A stretch of 64,000 nt of DNA, taken from NCBI GenBank assembly GCA_963665115.1, contig OY762007.1, forward strand, positions 6,752,001 to 6,816,000, in the 5' to 3' direction. Shown here in pieces: positions 44,020 to 54,115 of this stretch. The first letter of the stretch is position 1. Every line of letters begins with the position of its first letter. Origin of the DNA: an uncultured Rivularia sp. Lineage in GTDB: Bacteria; Cyanobacteriota; Cyanobacteriia; Cyanobacteriales; Nostocaceae. The notes beneath the pieces were generated by a model that was not told where the DNA came from, made no database searches, and saw only the letters and a list, made by a program, of their open reading frames with translations. Both the position numbers and the translations under genes were made by a program.

Positions 44020-44086
44020 CGCGACATTAATTTGTAAGATTACCACAATAATTTGTGAAACGCGACATTTAATTTGTGAATGTACA
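44020..44086 (-). mobile_element. Orphan transposon end resembling type V-K CAST / Tn5053-like ends
   Basis: Minus strand: TGTACA-TTCACAAATTAAATGTCGCG-TTTCACAAATTATTGTGG-TAATCTTACAAATTAATGTCGCG. Confidence 0.72.
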
Positions 44087-44120
44087 CGTGGGGAATTACG
44101 CGAGTTAGTTAAATCCAAAA

Positions 44121-44192
44121 AGCCAGCAGTCGGATTTGAACCGACGACCTACGCATTACAAGTGCGTTGCTCTACCACTGAGCCATGCTGGC
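44121..44192 (-). tRNA. tRNA-Thr(UGU)
   Basis: GCCAGCA acceptor stem, CTTGTAA anticodon loop and GGTTCAAATCC T-arm. Confidence 0.96.
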
Positions 44193-44652
44193 GAAAGTCA
44201 CACTTTGTAATTGTACCAGAAAAAATTATATTGTAAAGCTCTTATTAAATATCAATCCGAAAGTAGCTTTCATCAAAAATAATTGATTGATTAATAGGTA
44301 ATTATCGCTGTTTATCCCCTAACTTCCTCTTCAAATTTAATTAGCAGATAAGGCAAAGATTTTTCTCTGCCTAGAGAGTGATTTACCCAAACCTAAAAGC
44401 ACAGTTATTGTGATAGAAAAATAATAGAATCTCGAACATTAAAAAAAATCGAACTGTACTGCCACTTCTACAATTTATCTGAGATCGACGAACCGCAAGC
44501 AATGAATGGCGAGCAGTTGATTGATATTGATGGTTAGGGTGTGGTACTACAACCAATCAACTCCTTTTATCTTCTTGGTAGGGACTTTAGACAAATGTTC
44601 GTGCCTATTAACTGTTGATTGATAGAATTGTTTATTTTGTAACTGAAAAAGT

Positions 44653-45579
44653 ATGACAGCATTAAGCCAAAGAGATTTATTAGGCATAGCAGATTTGAAT
44701 CAGGTGGAGGTTGAAGAACTTTTGCAAATGGCAACGAGGTTGAAATCACAACAGTTGAAGTTGCAGTGTAATAAAGTATTGGGACTTTTGTTTAAGAAAG
44801 CTTCTACTAGAACCAGAGTCAGTTTTACGGTTGCAATGTATCAATTAGGCGGACAGGTGATTGACCTTAATCCTAACGTTACTCAAGTTAGTCGCGGCGA
44901 ACCAATTCAAGATACGGCAAGAGTTTTGGATAGATATCTTGATATTTTGGCAATTCGTACCTTTGAACAAGAAGAATTACAAACCTTCGCAAATTATGCC
45001 CGAATTCCGGTAATCAATGCTCTGACAGATTTAGAGCATCCCTGTCAAATATTGGCGGATTTGTTAACAATTCAGGAGGAATTTCAAACTTTAAAGGGTT
45101 TGACTTTAACTTATGTCGGCGACGGTAACAATGTCGCAAATTCTTTGCTGTTGGGCTGTGCTTTGGTTGGAATGAACGTGAAAATAGCCACTCCGGGCGG
45201 ATACGAACCTTCAGCAAATATTGTGGAACAAGCACGGGCAATTTCAGATGGAAAAACTGAAGTTATTATTACCAAAGATCCTCAAATAGCCGCAAAGAAT
45301 GCTAATATACTTTATACTGATGTATGGGCAAGTATGGGGCAAGAAGAAGAAGCAGACGATCGAATGCCAATTTTCAAACCCTACCAAATTAATCAGGAAT
45401 TGTTGAGTTTTGCTGACCCAAAAGCGATTGTTTTGCACTGTTTACCAGCGCATCGCGATGAGGAAATAACAAATGATGTTATTGAAGGCGAACATTCGCG
45501 GGTTTGGGAACAAGCAGAGAATCGACTCCACGCTCAAAAGGCTTTACTTGCCAGTATCTTAGACGCGGAACAAGTTTAA
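44653..45579 (+). CDS. argF: Ornithine carbamoyltransferase
   Basis: STRTR, HPCQ and HCLP motifs. Confidence 0.96.
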   Translation: MTALSQRDLLGIADLNQVEVEELLQMATRLKSQQLKLQCNKVLGLLFKKASTRTRVSFTVAMYQLGGQVIDLNPNVTQVSRGEPIQDTARVLDRYLDILAIRTFEQEELQTFANYARIPVINALTDLEHPCQILADLLTIQEEFQTLKGLTLTYVGDGNNVANSLLLGCALVGMNVKIATPGGYEPSANIVEQARAISDGKTEVIITKDPQIAAKNANILYTDVWASMGQEEEADDRMPIFKPYQINQELLSFADPKAIVLHCLPAHRDEEITNDVIEGEHSRVWEQAENRLHAQKALLASILDAEQV

Positions 45580-45714
45580 ATTTGAGGAAGACGGATTTTG
45601 GATTTTCTCTTAATTACGATCCAAAATCTCCCCGGTTTACACTTCTAATTCTAAATTTATTTAAAAAATTGCAATATAAAAGGCAAAAAACTTTGCCGTT
45701 ATGAGGTTTTTTGT

Positions 45715-45743
45715 AGTACTAATGTTCTAAGGACATTTGTATT
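45715..45743. promoter_or_regulatory. Cyanobacterial LexA box(es) upstream of lexA
   Basis: AGTACTAATGTTCT (45715-45728) fits RGTAC-N3-DGTWCB; a weaker AGGACATTTGTATT follows. Confidence 0.8.
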
Positions 45744-45761
45744 TTACTTCCCTATAAATTT

Positions 45762-46370
45762 ATGGACAAACTGACAGAAGCACAAAGAGAACTTTACGAT
45801 TGGCTGACGGAATATATCCGAATGCGTCAGCATTCACCTTCAATTCGTCAGATGATGCAAGCGATGAATTTGAAGTCACCAGCACCTATTCAAAGCCGTT
45901 TGGAGCATTTACGCAACAAAGGATATATTGAGTGGAGTGAAGGGAAAGCACGGACAATTAGAGTTTTGCATCCCGAAGAACCCGGCGTACCGATTTTGGG
46001 AACCATAGCTGCTGGTGGTTTAATCGAACCCTTTACCGATGCTGTGGAACATTTGGATTTTAAAGAGATAAAATTACCATTCCAAACTTATGCTTTGCGG
46101 GTAACTGGCGACAGCATGGTTGAGGATTCCATAGTTGATGGAGACATGGTATTTCTGCGTCCGGTACAGGAACCAGATATGCTCAAAGATGGTACCATCG
46201 TCGCCGCAATGGTAGACGGGCACGGTACGACATTAAAGCGGTTTTATCGTACAAGCAGCGAACGTATTACCCTCGAACCTGCAAACCCCAAATATCAGCC
46301 AATTGAAGTTGATGCAGGGCAGGTACAGGTGCAAGGTTCTTTAGTTGCCGTTTGGCGTAATTACAACTGA
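45762..46370 (+). CDS. lexA: LexA repressor
   Basis: PSIRQM HTH, IAAG cleavage site, GDSM and TLKR motifs. Confidence 0.96.
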   Translation: MDKLTEAQRELYDWLTEYIRMRQHSPSIRQMMQAMNLKSPAPIQSRLEHLRNKGYIEWSEGKARTIRVLHPEEPGVPILGTIAAGGLIEPFTDAVEHLDFKEIKLPFQTYALRVTGDSMVEDSIVDGDMVFLRPVQEPDMLKDGTIVAAMVDGHGTTLKRFYRTSSERITLEPANPKYQPIEVDAGQVQVQGSLVAVWRNYN

Positions 46371-46555
46371 AGTAGGGCATTGGGCATGGGAATAGTGAAG
46401 AGTTAGGAATTAGGAGTTATGAGTAGTAAGTAGAGAGTAGTGAGTAGTAAGTTATGAATTTTTATTCTACCCCCTCTACCCCCTTCTCCTTGTCCCCCCA
46501 TCCCCCATGCCTTTAATTAAGAATCATTAATCACCGCCAGGGTAGCTGCCATTTT

Positions 46556-48043
46556 ATGTATTTGACGCAAAAAAAATATCATCAGGCACCAATCACTTTT
46601 CGTCTGAAAATTCCTTATCGTGCAGGGGAAAAGAAGGGTACTTATCAAGCAAAACAGCTATTGCCGGGATGTCCGAAAATTCCGCCATCTCTGCAATTGC
46701 GAGATTACCAAAAGCAAGCTGTAAATAATTGGTTTGCGAATAATGGTAGGGGTACTTTAAAAATGGCGACTGGTAGCGGTAAAACTATCACGGCACTGGC
46801 AATTACTTGGGAATTATATAGTCAAATAAATTTGCAAGTATTGTTAGTGGTGTGCCCTTACCGTCATCTTGTCACCCAATGGGCGCGGGAATGCGAAAAG
46901 TTTGGTTTAAAGCCGATTTTAGCTTTTGAAAATGTCCGCACTTGGCAAACGCAACTTTCGGAGCAGCTTTACAATGTGCGTTCTAGTTCTCAACAGTTTC
47001 TCACAATTGTTACTACTAATTCAACGTTGATAAGTGATGGTTTCCAATCTCAATTAAAATACTTTCCTGAAAAAACTTTGATTATTGGCGATGAAGCGCA
47101 TAATTTGGGTTCGCCAAAGTTAGAAGAAAGTTTACCGCATAGTGTTGGATTAAGGTTGGGGTTATCTGCCACACCGGAAAGATATTTTGATGAGGTAGGA
47201 ACGGTGGCGGTATTTAATTATTTTGGTGCGGTTTTGCAACCGGAATTTACTTTGAGAGATGCGATTACTCAAGGTGCTTTGGTACGCTATCTTTATTATC
47301 CGATATTGATAGAATTAACTGAATCTGAAAGTCTTGCTTATGCCAAATTGACGCGGAAGATTGGGCGGGTTTTGATGTATAAGCAGCGAGAAAGTGGCGA
47401 TTTGATTAATATTGAAGATAATGAAGATATCAAATCTTTATTAATTCAGCGTGCAAGGTTGGTAAGTGCCGCTGAAAATAAATTAAATGCTTTGCGGGAA
47501 TTGATGTTAAGTCGTCGCGAAACTACTCATACATTATTTTATTGCAGCGATGGCTCTCAAGAAGCGGAAGGGCGTGCGAATTTACGTCAATTGAAGGAAG
47601 TAACTCGCATTTTAGGAGTCGAGTTGGGTTATAGAGTTAGTACCTATACGGCAGAAACTTCTTTGGTAGAGAGAGAAGCTTTAAGAAGTCAATTTGAAAG
47701 TGGAGAATTACAAGGTTTAGTTGCAATTCGCTGTCTGGATGAAGGAGTTGATATTCCAGCGATTAAAACAGCCGTGATCTTAGCAAGTTCGAGCAATCCC
47801 CGTCAATTTATCCAGCGGCGGGGAAGAGTTTTACGTCCTCATCCAGGTAAGGAACGTGCAACTATATTCGATATGATTGTACTGCCTCCAGATTTAGATC
47901 GAAAGACTTTAGAAGTGGAGCGTAATTTGTTGAGAAAGGAATTGCGGCGCTTTGTTGAGTTTGCCGATTTAGCTGACAATGCTGGTGAAGCAAGGATGAA
48001 ATTGCTGGATTTACAAAAGCGGTATGGATTGATGGATGTTTAA
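46556..48043 (+). CDS. SF2 DEAH helicase of the phosphorothioation-associated restriction module (PbeA-like, no evident PLD domain)
   Basis: MATGSGKT, DEAH, LGLSATP and QRRGRVLR motifs; dnd context. Confidence 0.82.
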   Translation: MYLTQKKYHQAPITFRLKIPYRAGEKKGTYQAKQLLPGCPKIPPSLQLRDYQKQAVNNWFANNGRGTLKMATGSGKTITALAITWELYSQINLQVLLVVCPYRHLVTQWARECEKFGLKPILAFENVRTWQTQLSEQLYNVRSSSQQFLTIVTTNSTLISDGFQSQLKYFPEKTLIIGDEAHNLGSPKLEESLPHSVGLRLGLSATPERYFDEVGTVAVFNYFGAVLQPEFTLRDAITQGALVRYLYYPILIELTESESLAYAKLTRKIGRVLMYKQRESGDLINIEDNEDIKSLLIQRARLVSAAENKLNALRELMLSRRETTHTLFYCSDGSQEAEGRANLRQLKEVTRILGVELGYRVSTYTAETSLVEREALRSQFESGELQGLVAIRCLDEGVDIPAIKTAVILASSSNPRQFIQRRGRVLRPHPGKERATIFDMIVLPPDLDRKTLEVERNLLRKELRRFVEFADLADNAGEARMKLLDLQKRYGLMDV

Positions 48044-48652
48044 TTTGGGAATTGGGCATTGGGCAATGCGATTTTCTCAAAAAAATTTATTATTTTATTT
48101 ATTGTGAGAATAAAAATGCCCTTTATGTGGGATAATTAGATATAGAGATAAATACTTTTATAATGGAGAGAAAGTAATTTTTTTGAAGTGGCTAATATTT
48201 CCATTATGATAAAATACTCTATATAAAAATAATATCAGAAAAGCGTCTTTAAAATAAAAAATATTTTTTTGTGGGATATGTTAAAAAGCGATAAATAATT
48301 TGAGTTATAACGTCGCATTTAACGCACCACTTTAATAATAAGTTATATATAAGATTGTTATCTTTTAGTAATACACTAATCCTGGATGGTGCGTTAGATG
48401 CATCAAAAATATCTTTTAGATTCATAAACAATCGTGCATCTTACACACCTTACAAATTATATTTATTTTTGTATTAAAAATTGTTTCAGCAAAAAGCTTT
48501 AACAAAAGGATTTACAGTTTTAAATAATACATTTGTAAGAGAGTTGACTATTAATAATCAGCCTTGAAAGGATAATTAAAGCAAACATAGTTACAGTGAG
48601 TTTACGGATAACAGAGTATACCTACTCCAGGTAAAATATAGCTTAAATTGCT

Positions 48653-48841
48653 ATGTTAAAAACCGTGATGAAAAAACAGCATAATATAGATGAAGTACAA
48701 CAACCAATAAAGTGCGCTTCACCAGAAGTACGGCAAATTATCGAGCAAGTATGGCATTTAGAAAAAAGTAGACTTGATAAAAAAAGTTTTGGTCATATTA
48801 ACGAAGATATTTTAGCAATCGTTAAGGAAGCTGTAAAATGA
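48653..48841 (+). CDS. Small protein translationally coupled to the ATPase (PbeB-like)
   Basis: ATGA overlap with the next gene. Confidence 0.55.
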   Translation: MLKTVMKKQHNIDEVQQPIKCASPEVRQIIEQVWHLEKSRLDKKSFGHINEDILAIVKEAVK

Positions 48842-50901
48842 AGCTGACTTCTATCAAGCTTTGTAACTTTCGTTCTTTTTACGGTAAAACTTGTGAAATA
48901 ACTCTTGCTGGGACAAGCTCAAACAATACTACTATTATTTACGGTAATAATGGTGCGGGTAAAACGAGTTTGCTGAATGCATTTACATGGGTATTATACG
49001 AAAAGTTTAGTGCAGCTTTTGCTTCGATTGACCAACTTGTAAATAAAAGAGCGATCGCCGAAGCGAAAATTGGGCAAGGTGTGGAATGTTGGGTAGAGTT
49101 AGCGTGGGAACACGACAGCAAACGCTATCGAGTCAAACGTCAATGTCGAGTTTACAAACATGAAAATGATATTGACGTTGGTAAAACAGAAATATATATG
49201 CAGGTAGCGGGAGATGACGGTAGATGGTATCTTCCACCGCAACGACCGGAAGAGATTATCGGACAAATTTTACCTGCTAGTTTACATCAATACTTTTTTT
49301 TCGATGGCGAAAGAATTGAAGAAATAGTTCGTTCGGATAAGAAGGCGGAAATTGCGGAAGCTACTAAAATATTTTTGGGTGTAGAGGTAATAAATCGTTC
49401 AATTCGACATTTACAAGAAGCCAAGAAAAGTTTAGAAAATGAGTTGAGAATAATCGGTGATTCGGAAATTAAAAAGTTATTGAAACAGCAGGGTAAAATT
49501 GAGCTTGAAATTGAAATAATTAGCAAACGTCAGCAAGAAATTATTAAAGAATTAGAATATCAAAATACTTTTAAAAAAGAAACTAGTAAACGTTTGCGGG
49601 AATTGAATGCGGCAAAGGATTTACAGGAAAGGCGGCAGGAATTAGAAAAACAAAAAGCGTCGCATCAAGATAATTTACGACAAACTAGAGAAACTATCAA
49701 AAAAGCCATCTCCACACGCGGCTATACAGTATTGTTACCGGAAACAACAGTACAGTTTCGAGAAATTATCGATAATTTGAAGCAGAAGGGAAAGTTAACT
49801 ACAGGGATTTCGCGAGAGTTTATTCAAGAGCTATTAAAATCAAGTAGCTGTATTTGCGGTACGAGTTTGAATGAAGATACAACTCGCGTAAATGTCGAAA
49901 CCTGGTTAGAGAAAGCAGGCTCCTCGGAAGTCGAAGAAACAGCAATTAGAATCAGCGCTCAAGTTGATGAAATTGACAAACAAGTAGCATTATTCTGGGA
50001 AGAAATTGATAAGGAACAAGCTAGAATTAGTCAGTTAAGACAGGTTATTGCTGAAATTGAAGCAGAGTTAGACAATATTGAAGAAAGATTAAGAAAAGAT
50101 CCTAGTGAAGAGATTAGAAGTTTACAAAAGCGTTTAGATAAAATTGAAGAAAAAATTACAGAATTAACTTTAGAGCAAGGTGCCAACCAGCAAAAAGTAA
50201 TTAACCTAAAAACCGAATTAGAAAGTTTAAATAAACAAATATCCAAGCAGAAATTAAACGAAGAAAAGCAGATATTAGCACAGCGTCGCATCAGCGCCAC
50301 ACAAGACGCGATCGATAGATTAACTCAAGTCAAAGTTTTGCAGGAAGAGCAATTCCGCTTGCAATTAGAAAAACGAGTGCAGGAGATATTTAGCGAAATT
50401 TCCTTTACACCTTATATTCCCACAATCAGCGAAAAATACGAATTAACGTTAATAGAAAATACTTCTGGTTTAGCAATGCCAGTTGCAGCATCTACCGGAG
50501 AAAATCAAGTTCTCAGTTTATCGTTTATTAGCAGCATTATCGATCGAGTGCGGGATTGGAGTCAAAATAAAATGCTCATGGTAGCCGATAGCAGCACGTT
50601 TCCAATTGTTATGGATTCACCTTTTGGAAGCTTAGATGTAATTTACCGAAAGCACATAGCTCAAATCATTCCGAAATTAGCAAATCAATTAATCGTATTA
50701 GTTACTAAAACGCAATGGAGGGGTGAAGTAGAAGACGAAATGTCATACCGAGTTGGTAGAGAATATGTTTTGACTTATTATTCTTCCAAACCCGATTGCG
50801 AACAAGATTTTATTGAATTAAGCGGAGACAGATATATGCTGGTAAAGCAAAGCCCAAATAATTTTGAATATAGTGAAATTGTGGAAGTTGAGAGAGAGTA
50901 A
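48838..50901 (+). CDS. SMC/Rad50-like ATPase (PbeC-like, DndD paralog)
   Basis: GNNGAGKT, FFFDGE, CICG hook, STGE and MDSPFG motifs. Confidence 0.82.
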   Translation: MKLTSIKLCNFRSFYGKTCEITLAGTSSNNTTIIYGNNGAGKTSLLNAFTWVLYEKFSAAFASIDQLVNKRAIAEAKIGQGVECWVELAWEHDSKRYRVKRQCRVYKHENDIDVGKTEIYMQVAGDDGRWYLPPQRPEEIIGQILPASLHQYFFFDGERIEEIVRSDKKAEIAEATKIFLGVEVINRSIRHLQEAKKSLENELRIIGDSEIKKLLKQQGKIELEIEIISKRQQEIIKELEYQNTFKKETSKRLRELNAAKDLQERRQELEKQKASHQDNLRQTRETIKKAISTRGYTVLLPETTVQFREIIDNLKQKGKLTTGISREFIQELLKSSSCICGTSLNEDTTRVNVETWLEKAGSSEVEETAIRISAQVDEIDKQVALFWEEIDKEQARISQLRQVIAEIEAELDNIEERLRKDPSEEIRSLQKRLDKIEEKITELTLEQGANQQKVINLKTELESLNKQISKQKLNEEKQILAQRRISATQDAIDRLTQVKVLQEEQFRLQLEKRVQEIFSEISFTPYIPTISEKYELTLIENTSGLAMPVAASTGENQVLSLSFISSIIDRVRDWSQNKMLMVADSSTFPIVMDSPFGSLDVIYRKHIAQIIPKLANQLIVLVTKTQWRGEVEDEMSYRVGREYVLTYYSSKPDCEQDFIELSGDRYMLVKQSPNNFEYSEIVEVERE

Positions 50902-50995
50902 TCAATAAACAATGAACAATTATCAATAAACATTATGTTGTAAGGTGAGTTACGGCACGAGAAACTTTGATTTTAAGTTATAAGTTAGAAAATGT

Positions 50996-51231
50996 CGTAA
51001 CGCACCAATATTCGGATTAAAAAACCGCAGAGGCGCAGAGAGTGCTGAGGTAAGAATTAAAGAGAGTTGGTAATTTTAAACTAACAGAATATCTAATATT
51101 TAATTTAAAGAAGCAAAGAAAATTTGATTTTAGGTTATGACTTATGAAATACCGTAACGCACCAATATTCGGATTAAAAAACCGCAGAGGCGCAGAGAGC
51201 GCTGAGGAAGAGTGAAAGAGAGTTGGTAATT
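50996..51231 (+). repeat. ~80-bp direct repeat (50996-51075 and 51153-51231)
   Basis: CGTAACGCACCAATATTCGGATTAAAAAACCGCAGAGGCGCAGAGAG... occurs twice. Confidence 0.85.
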
Positions 51232-51257
51232 GATAATTGATAATTGATAATTGAAAA

Positions 51258-51728
51258 ATGGCTGAAACTGGAAGAATAAGGGTTGCAAAAGATAAGGCTG
51301 AGTTAGTACAAAGTTTAACATCTTGGAATGGTGCAACGGGACCTTTTCAAACTTTTGCTGACGTGGTTGTTTTTGCGGCTACTTTGGGTAAAAAGCACAA
51401 TCGCCGCGTACCTTTGGGAGAAATTTCTAAAAGGGAACCTTCACCAATTAAAGTCGAAACTTTTGCTTCAATGGGTTATGACTGGGTGATTAAATTGATC
51501 GGAATTACCGAAACGAAAGATATAAAAGTACTTTCGGTAACTGAGGAAGAATCTCAAACTGAACGTAATAATATTTTTGAAGAATATACGAATGGTGGTT
51601 TGGAAATATTGCAAACTGAATTGCGAGGTGCGGTAGATTATTCGGAAAGGCTGTTGTTGATGTTGAGTGCGGAAAGGTTTAAGGAAGATAAGCAGGGAGA
51701 ATTTGATTTGAGTCGGTTTTTGTCTTGA
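51258..51728 (+). CDS. DNA phosphorothioation-associated protein 4 (PbeD-like)
   Basis: GPFQTFADVVVFAATLG and FEEYTNGGLEIL; context. Confidence 0.75.
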   Translation: MAETGRIRVAKDKAELVQSLTSWNGATGPFQTFADVVVFAATLGKKHNRRVPLGEISKREPSPIKVETFASMGYDWVIKLIGITETKDIKVLSVTEEESQTERNNIFEEYTNGGLEILQTELRGAVDYSERLLLMLSAERFKEDKQGEFDLSRFLS

Positions 51729-51804
51729 TGATAATTAATACGCCCTCACCCTCGAAGGGTGGGGCTACAATTACAAAGCCCACCTGCGTGGGCTAAATCA
51801 AATT

Positions 51805-53817
51805 TTATTCGGTATCTTCAGCATCTATCTCATCTTCAACAGATACTTGTTTCGTCAACAACTCACTATAAATTTCGGGCAAACCAGCTACTAATACAGC
51901 AGAAAATCTGTCACGCACCATATCCTCTTTTTTTTGCTCGCCCATTTTTTCATAGTCTTTGCCATAAAATGTATTAGTGTCAAAACCTTTATACAATGCT
52001 TTGTAAGCATCCGTACAATTTGACCACTGGACTTTATTTACATCTGCTCTGAAAAAATTTAATAGCTTTCGTCTGGATAACATCGGATAACCATTTGCAG
52101 CGTCTATTTGGACTTTACGAGAACCAAAATACCATAAGCATAGTAAGTAAAATATTCTATCTTCTACTGTTTTCGCAACCTTAATTTTGTCATTACCAGG
52201 ATTTATCGCTACAAATGTCCACAAACGATATGGGTAATTTGCTAAATTAACATCTACCTTCAAAATACCTCGATCGTAAAGCCGATTTAGAAAATCTATA
52301 ACATTATTTATATTGCCTAAACTTTCATCTGTTCTTGTATTTTTAAATTCTATAAGTTTTCCTAAACGAACTATAGCTTTTTGAAATATAACTTTGAAAG
52401 CCCACTGGTTTTCTTTCAAAGCATTAATAGCTTTGCTATGGCTAATTATTTTTGTTTGGTGCCAATCACTATCTCTTGCATTTTCCTGCTCTTTAATCGT
52501 TCCTTTGTGTTTACTTGTCTGAGCTTGGAATTTGCCAAAAGTACCTTCAATTAAATCGTTATCGCGGGCATATTCAAGCAAGTTATTGTAAGGTTTGAAA
52601 TCCAGTAAAAGCTTAATTAACCAAGGACGAAAGTTAACTTCAAAGCCCTTTATTGCTGAACTCAGATAATTCTGTGGTAATCGAGAAAAAGGTGTTTCTG
52701 GCTCTTCATCTTCATCGCAGTAATCTTCTTGATAATAAGTGAAGAGAGAGCGTCCTTCATACTCAACTGGTTGTCCGTTTATGCCGAGTGCATCGTCAAT
52801 ACTTTTTATAAACCCTTCAATTTGCTTCTTTTCCATAGGATCGCGTGGTGGTTTCAAATCCAAAGTTGCAGAAACCAAAAGATCCAAATTTACAAGTGAA
52901 TTCAGATAGTAGGAACTATCAAATTTGACAGAATCATCTTGCCAACGTACTAAGGAAAGAGGAAGTCTATCGTCCGCATCTTCACCTGTTTTCTCTGTAA
53001 TCAGCGTTCTGACGCACTGTGCGTTAATACTTTGATCGTCAAGAATTAGCTCTCTAGCTTTATCAACTGTCTTAGCATTTTTATTCAAGTCAGTAAATAA
53101 TTCACGAGCAATTCCTCGAATGGAATAATCCGCTTCACTTTGAATATTTTGAAACCCTGCATCAGGATGAAGTAAAACAAATAAAATTGGAATCTTAGTT
53201 TGTTTTTCCGTGGTATGAAGAGTACCACCTCTAAATTTTGGATCTTCACGAAAAGTACGAAGCGCCCAAAGACGATGTTGTCCATCTACAGCTACTGGTA
53301 AAATCCGCTCCTTATCCCAACGAAGCCGCGCTTGTGTTCCAACAGAAACGAATTGAACACCACCAAAGTTAGCAATTTTAGCTTGGGGTTGGTTCCATTG
53401 TGCGTCATCAGTATCACTACCATCGTAAGGAATAGGGGGAGAATTAGTATCTGGAGAATTATCAAAGGTATCTTGAATTTTTTCGTCATCTCCCTTTGGC
53501 ATCAATACTATAGTAATAGCATTGAAAAATTTTAACTTTTTAGGATCGAGAAGATAACCTTTAACAATATCGTCTCCTACTCTCTTCTCATCAATTTCTC
53601 GTTGAAAAAGTTCTTTCAGCGACCATTTTGTATCGATAGAAGCGGGAATCTGCTCGGCAATCTTCAGTTCATCAATTGCTCGGTTAATTTCAATTAAAGA
53701 AAGAAAATAAGGAAGCGCTATACCTTCGGATAGAGTATAAGTTCCAGTTAAACCATAAAGAGGTTTATTAAAACTTGCTTTTTCTTCGTCATTCGAGAAT
53801 ATAGGCATTTTTATCAC
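51805..53817 (-). CDS. DGQHR-domain (DndB-like) protein, 670 aa
   Basis: LFQREID, FFNAITI, VDGQHR and LFTDLNK motifs. Confidence 0.8.
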   Translation of the reverse strand: MIKMPIFSNDEEKASFNKPLYGLTGTYTLSEGIALPYFLSLIEINRAIDELKIAEQIPASIDTKWSLKELFQREIDEKRVGDDIVKGYLLDPKKLKFFNAITIVLMPKGDDEKIQDTFDNSPDTNSPPIPYDGSDTDDAQWNQPQAKIANFGGVQFVSVGTQARLRWDKERILPVAVDGQHRLWALRTFREDPKFRGGTLHTTEKQTKIPILFVLLHPDAGFQNIQSEADYSIRGIARELFTDLNKNAKTVDKARELILDDQSINAQCVRTLITEKTGEDADDRLPLSLVRWQDDSVKFDSSYYLNSLVNLDLLVSATLDLKPPRDPMEKKQIEGFIKSIDDALGINGQPVEYEGRSLFTYYQEDYCDEDEEPETPFSRLPQNYLSSAIKGFEVNFRPWLIKLLLDFKPYNNLLEYARDNDLIEGTFGKFQAQTSKHKGTIKEQENARDSDWHQTKIISHSKAINALKENQWAFKVIFQKAIVRLGKLIEFKNTRTDESLGNINNVIDFLNRLYDRGILKVDVNLANYPYRLWTFVAINPGNDKIKVAKTVEDRIFYLLCLWYFGSRKVQIDAANGYPMLSRRKLLNFFRADVNKVQWSNCTDAYKALYKGFDTNTFYGKDYEKMGEQKKEDMVRDRFSAVLVAGLPEIYSELLTKQVSVEDEIDAEDTE

Positions 53818-54115
53818 CCCGATAATAATTTATGAAAAGTAATATTTCTCATAAAATATGAAAAACATTAGTTTGTATAATATGCGATAAGATTATGATT
53901 TTAAATCAGTGAAACCCACAATAACAAAAGGATTAAATACGAAATTTACCTTTATCTTTCAAAAAGCTGCGAACAATAATGAAGTACTTTTATTTTACGT
54001 ATGGTAAATCATTAGGCATTTTTTAGTCCACGCAGGTGGACTTCGTTTCTGTAGCCCCAGACTTCTAGTCTGAGGGTGACGTATTTTAATTAATTATAAA
54101 AACGGGTAAAACCTA

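Noticed and set aside
10573..44086. One large element spanning the two transposon ends, or tRNA-Thr as target of the I-B element
   Set aside because: The ends have unrelated repeat sequences, both face leftward, and core genes (petBD, ctpA) lie between them.
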